Source: Lingula anatina (Eukaryota; Animalia; Brachiopoda). From it: 64,000 bases of DNA. The notes under the pieces are model-generated. The model made no database searches. It was given only the letters and a program-made list of their open reading frames with translations, and was not told where the DNA came from. Positions 52,001 to 64,000 of the stretch are shown in pieces. Location of the stretch: assembly GCA_051362555.1 (NCBI GenBank), contig CM120649.1, forward strand, positions 10,416,001 through 10,480,000, read 5' to 3'. How positions within the stretch are numbered: position 1 is the stretch's first letter; each line of letters opens with the position of its first letter. The position numbers and the translations under genes were made by a program.

Positions 52001-55000
52001 TTTGTGAAATTTGTACAAATGATGCCTAATAACAGTATAAAACTGAGATAAAATTATCAGTTGACTGTGTGTAATTAAAGTGACTTTTCAGACAATATAT
52101 TTGAGAAAATGACGTTGAAAACTTTGGCAAATTCCAAGGCTTAAAATAGTTAAACGTTAATAATTTTGACAAATCTGGTCCAATGTTTGTGAAATTTGTA
52201 CAAATGATGCCTAATAACAGTAAAAATCTGAGATAAAATTATCAGTTGACTGTGTGTAATTAAAGTGATTTTTCAGACAATATATTTGAGAAAACCGAAA
52301 ATTACGTTGAAAACATTGGCAAATTCCAAGGCTTAAAATAGTTAAACGTTAATAATTTTAAGAAATCTGGTCATATGTTTGTGAAATTTGTACAAATGAT
52401 GCCTAATAACAGTAAAAGTCTGAGATAAAATTATCAGTTGACTGTGTGTAATTAAAGTGACTTTTCAGACAATATATTCGAGAAAATCGAAAATGACGTT
52501 GAAAACTTTGGCAAATTCCAAGGCTTAAAATAGTTAAACGTTAATAAATTTGACAAATCTGGTCCAATGTTTGTGAAATTTGTACAAATGATGCCTAATA
52601 TCAGTAAAAATCTGAGATAAAATTATCAGTTGACTGTGTGTAATTAAAGTAATTTTCAGACAATATATTTGAGAAAACCGAAAATTACGTTGAAAACATT
52701 GGCAAATTCCAAGGCTTAAAATAGTTAAACGTTAATAATTTTAACAAATATGGTCATATGTTTGTGAAATTTGTACAAATGATGCCTAATAACAGTAAAA
52801 ATCTGAGATAAAATTATCAGTTGACTGTGTTTAATTAAAGTGATTTTTCAGACAATATATTTGAGAAAACCGAAAATTACGTTGAAAACATTGGCAAATT
52901 CCAAGGCTTAAAATAGTTAAACGTTAATAATTTTGACAAATCTGGTCCAATGTTTGTGAAATTTGTACAAATGATGCCTAATAACAATAAAAATCTGAAA
53001 TAAGCTTACCACTTCACTGTTTCTAATTTAAGTGTATTTTATTAGCAATTGATTCCAGAAGAGTGAGAATTTATGAAAACAAATATTTCAATATTCCAAT
53101 AAATCATTTTATCTCAAAACAAACCATCAGATGTGATGACTTGTGTTTGTTTGTGTAGGAAGTGGCAAATTACCTATTATTGTCTTCTGAAAAGCAACAT
53201 ATACCCAATCAAGATTTCTCCTTACTACCAATACCAGATGCAGATTCCTCCTTACAGTGGGTTTCTGGAATCAGGCTGTTAGAACACCATTTCACCATGT
53301 CCTAGATCTCCCACATATCATGTATTGTACACATGGATGAGACATAGCACTGCTCTTGATGTTGTCTTTCACTGCCTGTTTTTTCTATAGGCATTAACCA
53401 TGAATAGACAGATAGAGTCCGTCCACCAACAAGCCACCAGGTTGCAAGGAAAGGTTTACCTGCAAAAAGGGCAAAGTCCATGGCGTAAAATATTTAAACG
53501 TTAATAATTTTAACAAATCTGGTCCAATGTTTGTGAAATTTGTACAAATGATGCCTAATAAAAATAAAAATCTGACATAATCTAAGCAGTTGACTGTGTG
53601 AAATGAAAATGATTTTTCAGACAATATATTCGAGAAACCTCAAAATTACTTTGAAAACATTGGTAAATTCCAAGGCTTAAAATAGTTAAACGTTAATAAT
53701 TTTAACAAATCTGGTCATATGTTTGTGAAATTTGTACAAATGATGCCTAATAACAGTAAAAATCTGAGATAAAATTATCAGTTGACTGTGTGTAATTAAA
53801 GTGACTTTTCAGACAATATATTCGAGAAAATGACGTTGAAAACTTTGGCAAATTCCAAGGCTTAAAATAGTTAAACGTTAATAATTTTGACAAATCTGGT
53901 CCAATGTTTGTGAAATTTGTACAAATGATGCCTAATATCAGTAAAAATCTGAGATAAAATTATCAGTTGACTGTGTGTAATTAAAGTGATTTTTCAGACA
54001 ATATATTTCAGAAAACCGAAAATTACGTTGAAAACATTGGCAAATTCCAAGGCTTAAAATAGTTAAACGTTAATAATTTTAACAAATATGGTCATATGTT
54101 TGTGAAATTTGTACAAATGATGCCTAATAACAGTAAAAGTCTGAGATAAAATTATCAGTTGACTGTGTGTAATTAAAGTGACTTTTCAGACAATATATTC
54201 GAGAAAATCGAAAATGACGTTGAAAACTTTGGCAAATTCCAAGGCTTAAAATAGTTAAACGTTAATAATTTTTAACAAATATGGTCATATGTTTGTGAAA
54301 TTTGTACAAATGATGCCTAATAACAGTAAAAGTCTGAGATAAAATTATCAGTTGACTGTGTGTAATTAAAGTGACTTTTCAGACAATATATTCGAGAAAA
54401 TCGAAAATGACGTTGAAAACTTTGGCAAATTCCAAGGCTTAAAATAGTTAAACGTTAATAATTTTGACAAATCTGGTCCAATGTTTGTGAAATTTGTACA
54501 AATGATGCCTAATATCAGTAAAAATCTGAGATAAAATTATCAGTTGACTGTGTTTAATTAAAGTGATTTTTCAGACAATATATTTGAGAAAACCGAAAAT
54601 TACGTTGAAAACATTGGCAAATTCCAAGGCTTAAAATAGTTAAACGTTAATAATTTTGACAAATCTGGTCACATGTTTGTGAAATTTGTACAAATGATGC
54701 CTAATAACAATAAAAATCTGAAATAAGCTTATCACTTCACTGTTTCTAATTTAAGTGTATTTTATTACCAATTGATTCCAGAAGAGTGAGAATTTATGAA
54801 AACAAATATTTCTATATTCCAATAAATCATTTTATCTCAAATAAAACATCAGATGTGATGACTTGTGTTTGTTTGTGTAGGAAGTGGCAAATTACCTATT
54901 ATTGTCTTCTAAAAAGCAACATATACCCAATCAAGATTTCTCCTTACTACCAATACCAGATGCAGATTCCTCCTTACAGTGGGTTTCTGGAATCAGGCTG

Positions 55001-58000
55001 TTAGAACACCATTTCACCATGTCCTAGATCTTCCCACATATCAAGTATTGTACACATGGATGAGACATAGCACTGCTCTTGATGTTGTCTTTCACTGCCC
55101 GTTTTTTTTCTACACGCATTAACCATGAATAGACAGATAGAGTCTGTCAACCAACAAGCCACCAGGCCGCAAGGAAAGTTTTACCTGGAAAAAGGGCAAA
55201 GTCCATGGCTTAAAATAGTTAAACGTTAATAATTTTGACAAATCTGGTCATATGTTTGTGAAATTTGTACAAATGATGCCTAATAACAATAAAAATCTGA
55301 AATAAGTTGATCACTTCACTATTTCTAATTTAAGTGTATTTTATTACCAATTGATTTTGGAAGAGTGAGAATTTATCAAAAGCAAATATTTTAATATTCC
55401 AATAAATCATTTTATCTCAAATAAAACATCAGATGTGATGACTTGTGTTTGTTTGTGTAGGAAGTGGCAAATTACCTATTATTGTCTTCTGAAAAGCAAC
55501 ATATACCCAACCAAGACTTCTCATTACTACCAATACCAGATGCAGATTCCTCCTAACAGTGGGTTTCTGGAATCAGGCTGTTAGAACACCATTTCACCAT
55601 GTCCTAGATCTCCCACATATCATGTATTGTACACATGGATGAGACATAGCACTGCTCTTGATGTTGCCCTTCACTGCCTGTTTTTTCTATAGGCATTAAC
55701 CATGAATAGACAGATAGAGTCTGTCCACCAACAAGCCACCAGGCTGCAAGGAAAGGTTTACCTGCAAAAAGGGCAAAGTCCATGGCGTAAAATATTTAAA
55801 CGTTAATAATTTTAACAAATCTGGTCCAATGTTTGTGAAATTTGTACAAATGATGCCTAATAAAAATAAAAATCTGACATAATCTAAGCAGTTGACTGTG
55901 TGAAATGAAAATGATTTTTCAGACAATATATTCGAGAAACCTCAAAATTACATTGAAAACATTGGTAAATTCCAAGGCTTAAAATAGTTAAACGTTAATA
56001 ATTTTAACAAATATGGTCATATGTTTGTGAAATTTGTACAAATGATGCCTAATAACAGTAAAAAACTGAGATAAAATTATCAGTTGACTGTGTGTAATTA
56101 AAGTGACTTTTCAGACAATATATTCGAGAAAATGACGTTGAAAACTTTGGCAAATTCCAAGGCTTAAAATAGTTAAACGTTAATAATTTTGACAAATTTG
56201 GTCCAATGTTTGTGAAATTTGTACAAATGATGCCTAATATCAGTAAAAATCTGAGATAAAATTATCAGTTGACTGTGTGTAATTAAAGTGATTTTTCAGA
56301 CAATATATTTGAGAAAACCGAAAATTACGTTGAAAACATTGGCAAATTCCAAGGCTTAAAATAGTTAAACGTTAATAATTTTAAGAAATCTGGTCATATG
56401 TTTGTGAAATTTGTACAAATGATGCCTAATAACAGTAAAAATCTGAGATAAAATTATCAGTTGACTGTGTGTAATTAAAGTGACTTTTCAGACAATATAT
56501 TCGAGAAAATCGAAAATGACGTTGAAAACTTTGGCAAATTCCAAGGCTTAAAATAGTTAAACGTTAATAATTTTGACAAATCTGGTCCAATGTTTGTGAA
56601 ATTTGTACAAATGATGCCTAATATCAGTAAAAATCTGAGATAAAATTATCAGTTGACTGTGTTTAATTAAAGTGTATTTTATTACCAATTGATTCCAGAA
56701 GAGTGAGAATTTATGAAAACAAATATTTCAATATTCCAATAAATCATTTTATCTCAAAACAAACCATCAGATGTGATGACTTGTGTTTGTTTGTGTAGGA
56801 AGTGGCAAATTACCTATTATTGTCTTCTGAAAAGCAACATATACCCAATCAAGATTTCTCCTTACTACCAATACCAGATGCAGATTCCTCCTTACAGTGG
56901 GTTTCTGGAATCAGGCTGTTAGAACACCATTTCACCATGTCCTAGATCTCCCACATATCATGTATTGTACACATGGATGAGACATAGCACTGCTCTTGAT
57001 GTTGTCCTTCACTGCCTGTTTTTTCTATAGGCATTAACCATGAATAGACAGATAGAGTCCGTCCACCAACAAGCCACCAGGCTGCAAGGAAAGGTTTACC
57101 TGCAAAAAGGGCAAAGTCCATGGCGTAAAATATTTAAACGTTAATAATTTTAACAAATCTGGTCCAATGTTTGTGAAATTTGTACAAATGATGCCTAATA
57201 AAAATAAAAATCTGACATAATCTAAGCAGTTGACTGTGTGAAATGAAAATGATTTTTCAGACAATATATTCGAGAAACCTCAAAATTACATTGAAAACAT
57301 TGGTAAATTCCAAGGCTTAAAATAGTTAAACGTTAATAATTTTAACAAATATGGTCATATGTTTGTGAAATTTGTACAAATGATGCCTAATAACAGTATA
57401 AAACTGAGATAAAATTATCAGTTGACTGTGTGTAATTAAAGTGACTTTTCAGACAATATATTTGAGAAAATGACGTTGAAAACTTTGGCAAATTCCAAGG
57501 CTTAAAATAGTTAAACGTTAATAATTTTGACAAATCTGGTCCAATGTTTGTGAAATTTGTACAAATGATGCCTAATATCAGTAAAAATCTGAGATAAAAT
57601 TATCAGTTGACTGTGTGTAATTAAAGTGATTTTTCAGACAATATATTTGAGAAAACCGAAAATTACGTTGAAAACATTGGCAAATTCCAAGGCTTAAAAT
57701 AGTTAAACGTTAATAATTTTAAGAAATCTGGTCATATGTTTGTGAAATTTGTACAAATGATGCCTAATAACAGTAAAAGTCTGAGATAAAATTATCAGTT
57801 GACTGTGTGTAATTAAAGTGACTTTTCAGACAATATATTCGAGAAAATCGAAAATGACGTTGAAAACTTTGGCAAATTCCAAGGCTTAAAATAGTTAAAC
57901 GTTAATAAATTTGACAAATCTGGTCCAATGTTTGTGAAATTTGTACAAATGATGCCTAATATCAGTAAAAATCTGAGATAAAATTATCAGTTGACTGTGT

Positions 58001-61000
58001 GTAATTAAAGTAATTTTCAGACAATATATTTGAGAAAACCGAAAATTACGTTGAAAACATTGGCAAATTCCAAGGCTTAAAATAGTTAAACGTTAATAAT
58101 TTTAACAAATATGGTCATATGTTTGTGAAATTTGTACAAATGATGCCTAATAACAGTAAAAATCTGAGATAAAATTATCAGTTGACTGTGTTTAATTAAA
58201 GTGATTTTTCAGACAATATATTTGAGAAAACCGAAAATTACGTTGAAAACATTGGCAAATTCCAAGGCTTAAAATAGTTAAACGTTAATAATTTTGACAA
58301 ATCTGGTCCAATGTTTGTGAAATTTGTACAAATGATGCCTAATAACAATAAAAATCTGAAATAAGCTTACCACTTCACTGTTTCTAATTTAAGTGTATTT
58401 TATTAGCAATTGATTCCAGAAGAGTGAGAATTTATGAAAACAAATATTTCAATATTCCAATAAATCATTTTATCTCAAAACAAACCATCAGATGTGATGA
58501 CTTGTGTTTGTTTGTGTAGGAAGTGGCAAATTACCTATTATTGTCTTCTGAAAAGCAACATATACCCAATCAAGATTTCTCCTTACTACCAATACCAGAT
58601 GCAGATTCCTCCTTACAGTGGGTTTCTGGAATCAGGCTGTTAGAACACCATTTCACCATGTCCTAGATCTCCCACATATCATGTATTGTACACATGGATG
58701 AGACATAGCACTGCTCTTGATGTTGTCTTTCACTGCCTGTTTTTTCTATAGGCATTAACCATGAATAGACAGATAGAGTCCGTCCACCAACAAGCCACCA
58801 GGTTGCAAGGAAAGGTTTACCTGCAAAAAGGGCAAAGTCCATGGCGTAAAATATTTAAACGTTAATAATTTTAACAAATCTGGTCCAATGTTTGTGAAAT
58901 TTGTACAAATGATGCCTAATAAAAATAAAAATCTGACATAATCTAAGCAGTTGACTGTGTGAAATGAAAATGATTTTTCAGACAATATATTCGAGAAACC
59001 TCAAAATTACTTTGAAAACATTGGTAAATTCCAAGGCTTAAAATAGTTAAACGTTAATAATTTTAACAAATCTGGTCATATGTTTGTGAAATTTGTACAA
59101 ATGATGCCTAATAACAGTAAAAATCTGAGATAAAATTATCAGTTGACTGTGTGTAATTAAAGTGACTTTTCAGACAATATATTCGAGAAAATGACGTTGA
59201 AAACTTTGGCAAATTCCAAGGCTTAAAATAGTTAAACGTTAATAATTTTGACAAATCTGGTCCAATGTTTGTGAAATTTGTACAAATGATGCCTAATATC
59301 AGTAAAAATCTGAGATAAAATTATCAGTTGACTGTGTGTAATTAAAGTGATTTTTCAGACAATATATTTCAGAAAACCGAAAATTACGTTGAAAACATTG
59401 GCAAATTCCAAGGCTTAAAATAGTTAAACGTTAATAATTTTAACAAATATGGTCATATGTTTGTGAAATTTGTACAAATGATGCCTAATAACAGTAAAAG
59501 TCTGAGATAAAATTATCAGTTGACTGTGTGTAATTAAAGTGACTTTTCAGACAATATATTCGAGAAAATCGAAAATGACGTTGAAAACTTTGGCAAATTC
59601 CAAGGCTTAAAATAGTTAAACGTTAATAATTTTTAACAAATATGGTCATATGTTTGTGAAATTTGTACAAATGATGCCTAATAACAGTAAAAGTCTGAGA
59701 TAAAATTATCAGTTGACTGTGTGTAATTAAAGTGACTTTTCAGACAATATATTCGAGAAAATCGAAAATGACGTTGAAAACTTTGGCAAATTCCAAGGCT
59801 TAAAATAGTTAAACGTTAATAATTTTGACAAATCTGGTCCAATGTTTGTGAAATTTGTACAAATGATGCCTAATATCAGTAAAAATCTGAGATAAAATTA
59901 TCAGTTGACTGTGTTTAATTAAAGTGATTTTTCAGACAATATATTTGAGAAAACCGAAAATTACGTTGAAAACATTGGCAAATTCCAAGGCTTAAAATAG
60001 TTAAACGTTAATAATTTTGACAAATCTGGTCACATGTTTGTGAAATTTGTACAAATGATGCCTAATAACAATAAAAATCTGAAATAAGCTTATCACTTCA
60101 CTGTTTCTAATTTAAGTGTATTTTATTACCAATTGATTCCAGAAGAGTGAGAATTTATGAAAACAAATATTTCTATATTCCAATAAATCATTTTATCTCA
60201 AATAAAACATCAGATGTGATGACTTGTGTTTGTTTGTGTAGGAAGTGGCAAATTACCTATTATTGTCTTCTAAAAAGCAACATATACCCAATCAAGATTT
60301 CTCCTTACTACCAATACCAGATGCAGATTCCTCCTTACAGTGGGTTTCTGGAATCAGGCTGTTAGAACACCATTTCACCATGTCCTAGATCTTCCCACAT
60401 ATCAAGTATTGTACACATGGATGAGACATAGCACTGCTCTTGATGTTGTCTTTCACTGCCCGTTTTTTTTCTACACGCATTAACCATGAATAGACAGATA
60501 GAGTCTGTCAACCAACAAGCCACCAGGCCGCAAGGAAAGTTTTACCTGGAAAAAGGGCAAAGTCCATGGCTTAAAATAGTTAAACGTTAATAATTTTGAC
60601 AAATCTGGTCATATGTTTGTGAAATTTGTACAAATGATGCCTAATAACAATAAAAATCTGAAATAAGTTGATCACTTCACTATTTCTAATTTAAGTGTAT
60701 TTTATTACCAATTGATTTTGGAAGAGTGAGAATTTATCAAAAGCAAATATTTTAATATTCCAATAAATCATTTTATCTCAAATAAAACATCAGATGTGAT
60801 GACTTGTGTTTGTTTGTGTAGGAAGTGGCAAATTACCTATTATTGTCTTCTGAAAAGCAACATATACCCAACCAAGACTTCTCATTACTACCAATACCAG
60901 ATGCAGATTCCTCCTAACAGTGGGTTTCTGGAATCAGGCTGTTAGAACACCATTTCACCATGTCCTAGATCTCCCACATATCATGTATTGTACACATGGA

Positions 61001-64000
61001 TGAGACATAGCACTGCTCTTGATGTTGCCCTTCACTGCCTGTTTTTTCTATAGGCATTAACCATGAATAGACAGATAGAGTCTGTCCACCAACAAGCCAC
61101 CAGGCTGCAAGGAAAGGTTTACCTGCAAAAAGGGCAAAGTCCATGGCGTAAAATATTTAAACGTTAATAATTTTAACAAATCTGGTCCAATGTTTGTGAA
61201 ATTTGTACAAATGATGCCTAATAAAAATAAAAATCTGACATAATCTAAGCAGTTGACTGTGTGAAATGAAAATGATTTTTCAGACAATATATTCGAGAAA
61301 CCTCAAAATTACATTGAAAACATTGGTAAATTCCAAGGCTTAAAATAGTTAAACGTTAATAATTTTAACAAATATGGTCATATGTTTGTGAAATTTGTAC
61401 AAATGATGCCTAATAACAGTAAAAAACTGAGATAAAATTATCAGTTGACTGTGTGTAATTAAAGTGACTTTTCAGACAATATATTCGAGAAAATGACGTT
61501 GAAAACTTTGGCAAATTCCAAGGCTTAAAATAGTTAAACGTTAATAATTTTGACAAATTTGGTCCAATGTTTGTGAAATTTGTACAAATGATGCCTAATA
61601 TCAGTAAAAATCTGAGATAAAATTATCAGTTGACTGTGTGTAATTAAAGTGATTTTTCAGACAATATATTTGAGAAAACCGAAAATTACGTTGAAAACAT
61701 TGGCAAATTCCAAGGCTTAAAATAGTTAAACGTTAATAATTTTAAGAAATCTGGTCATATGTTTGTGAAATTTGTACAAATGATGCCTAATAACAGTAAA
61801 AATCTGAGATAAAATTATCAGTTGACTGTGTGTAATTAAAGTGACTTTTCAGACAATATATTCGAGAAAATCGAAAATGACGTTGAAAACTTTGGCAAAT
61901 TCCAAGGCTTAAAATAGTTAAACGTTAATAATTTTGACAAATCTGGTCCAATGTTTGTGAAATTTGTACAAATGATGCCTAATATCAGTAAAAATCTGAG
62001 ATAAAATTATCAGTTGACTGTGTTTAATTAAAGTGTATTTTATTACCAATTGATTCCAGAAGAGTGAGAATTTATGAAAACAAATATTTCAATATTCCAA
62101 TAAATCATTTTATCTCAAAACAAACCATCAGATGTGATGACTTGTGTTTGTTTGTGTAGGAAGTGGCAAATTACCTATTATTGTCTTCTGAAAAGCAACA
62201 TATACCCAATCAAGATTTCTCCTTACTACCAATATCAGATGCAGATTCCTCCTTACAGTGGGTTTCTGGAATCAGGCTGTTAGAACACCATTTCACCATG
62301 TCCTAGATCTCCCACATATCATGTATTGTACACATGGATGAGACATAGCACTGCTCTTGATGTTATCCTTCACTGCCTGTTTTTTCTATAGGCATTAACC
62401 ATGAATAGACAGATAGAGTCCGTCCACCAACAAGCCACCAGGCTGCAAGGAAAGGTTTACCTGGAAAAAGGGCAAAGTCCATGGCGTAAAATATTTAAAC
62501 GTTAATAATTTTAACAAATCTGGTCCAATGTTTGTGAAATTTGTACAAATGATGCCTAATAACAGTAAAAGTCTGAGATAAAATTATCAGTTGACTGTGT
62601 GTAATTAAAGTGACTTTTCAGACAATATATTCGAGAAAATCGAAAATGACGTTGAAAACTTTGGCAAATTCCAAGGCTTAAAATAGTTAAACGTTAATAA
62701 TTTTGACAAATCTGGTCCAATGTTTGTGAAATTTGTACAAATGATGCCTAATATCAGTAAAAATCTGAGATAAAATTATCAGTTGACTGTGTTTAATTAA
62801 AGTGATTTTTCAGACAATATATTTGAGAAAACCGAAAATTACGTTGAAAACATTGGCAAATTCCAAGGCTTAAAATAGTTAAACGTTAATAATTTTGACA
62901 AATCTGGTCCAATGTTTGTGAAATTTGTACAAATGATACCTAATAACAATAAAAATCTGAAATAAGCTTATCACTTCACTGTTTCTAATTTAAGTGTATT
63001 TTATTAGCAATTGATTCCAGAAGAGTGAGAATTTATGAAAACAAATATTTCAATATTCCAATAAATCATTTTATCTCAAAACAAACCATCAGATGTGATG
63101 ACTTGTGTTTGTTTGTGTAGGAAGTGGCAAATTACCTATTATTGTCTTCTGAAAAGCAACATATACCCAATCAAGATTTCTCCTTACTACCAATACCAGA
63201 TGCAGATTCCTCCTTACAGTGGGTTTCTGGAATCAGGCTGTTAGAACACCATTTCACCATGTCCTAGATCTCCCACATATCATGTATTGTACACATGGAT
63301 GAGACATAGCACTGCTCTTGATGTTGTCCTTCACTGCCTGTTTTTTCTATAGGCATTAACCATGAATAGACAGATAGAGTCCGTCCACCAACAAGCCACC
63401 AGGCTGCAAGGAAAGGTTTACCTGCAAAAAGGGCAAAGTCCATGGCGTAAAATATTTAAACGTTAATAATTTTAACAAATCTGGTCCAATGTTTGTGAAA
63501 TTTGTACAAATGATGCCTAATAAAAATAAAAATCTGACATAATCTAAGCAGTTGACTGTGTGAAATGAAAATGATTTTTCAGACAATATATTCGAGAAAC
63601 CTCAAAATTACATTGAAAACATTGGTAAATTCCAAGGCTTAAAATAGTTAAACGTTAATAATTTTAACAAATATGGTCATATGTTTGTGAAATTTGTACA
63701 AATGATGCCTAATAACAGTAAAAAACTGAGATAAAATTATCAGTTGACTGTGTGTAATTAAAGTGACTTTTCAGACAATATATTCGAGAAAATGACGTTG
63801 AAAACTTTGGCAAATTCCAAGGCTTAAAATAGTTAAACGTTAATAATTTTGACAAATCTGGTCCAATGTTTGTGAAATTTGTACAAATGATGCCTAATAT
63901 CAGTAAAAATCTGACATAAAATTATCAGTTGACTGTGTGTAATTAAAGTGATTTTTCAGACAATATATTTGAGAAAACCGAAAATTACGTTGAAAACATT
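37080..64000. repeat. Higher-order satellite array 2: 191-192 bp monomers plus 22 spacer copies; continues off the right edge
   Basis: The spacer landmark TAGGAAGTGGC recurs from ~38198 to ~63117. Intervals are 580 + n x ~191 bp (580, ~777, 960, 1154, 1338, 1530, 1721/1722). A 5361-bp super-period is seen in the ORF track (51673/57034, 53394/58755, 54786/60147, 55696/61057). Confidence 0.97.

Noticed and set aside
38106-63586. Recurrent 69-76 aa ORFs (MRIYENK..., MSEKSFS...) as a tandem gene family
   Set aside because: They have non-ATG starts, straddle monomer-spacer junctions, are broken by indels in other copies and show no recognisable domain. Recurrence simply reflects the repeat.
37560-64000. 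CRISPR-like repeat-spacer array
   Set aside because: Repeats are 192 bp, the 'spacers' are near-identical to each other, there are no cas genes and the context is eukaryotic.

Overview
AT-rich eukaryotic, repeat-dominated DNA, probably from a mollusc or other lophotrochozoan (inferred from the HINE/Helentron architecture). I can support no intact protein-coding gene. About half the window is two related higher-order satellite arrays (1-~6540 and ~37080-64000). Each is built from ~192-bp AT-rich monomers interrupted by a conserved exon-like 'spacer'. Main observation: the unique DNA abutting both arrays translates on the minus strand into decayed LDL-receptor-family (LRP-like) modules, namely a clear LDLa pseudo-exon at 7043-7156 and YWTD/EGF remnants at 6540-6870 and 36740-37062. 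The spacer is contiguous with the first remnant and carries frameshifted YWTD-like motifs between splice signals. The satellite HOR therefore appears to be an amplified 'fossil exon + intronic satellite' unit from a dead LRP-like gene. The middle of the window holds three HINE/Helentron-type elements, a 5'-truncated LINE, several MITEs, minisatellites, tRNA-like Pol III modules, a long hairpin and scattered orphan exon-like segments. All translations and counts were done by eye.
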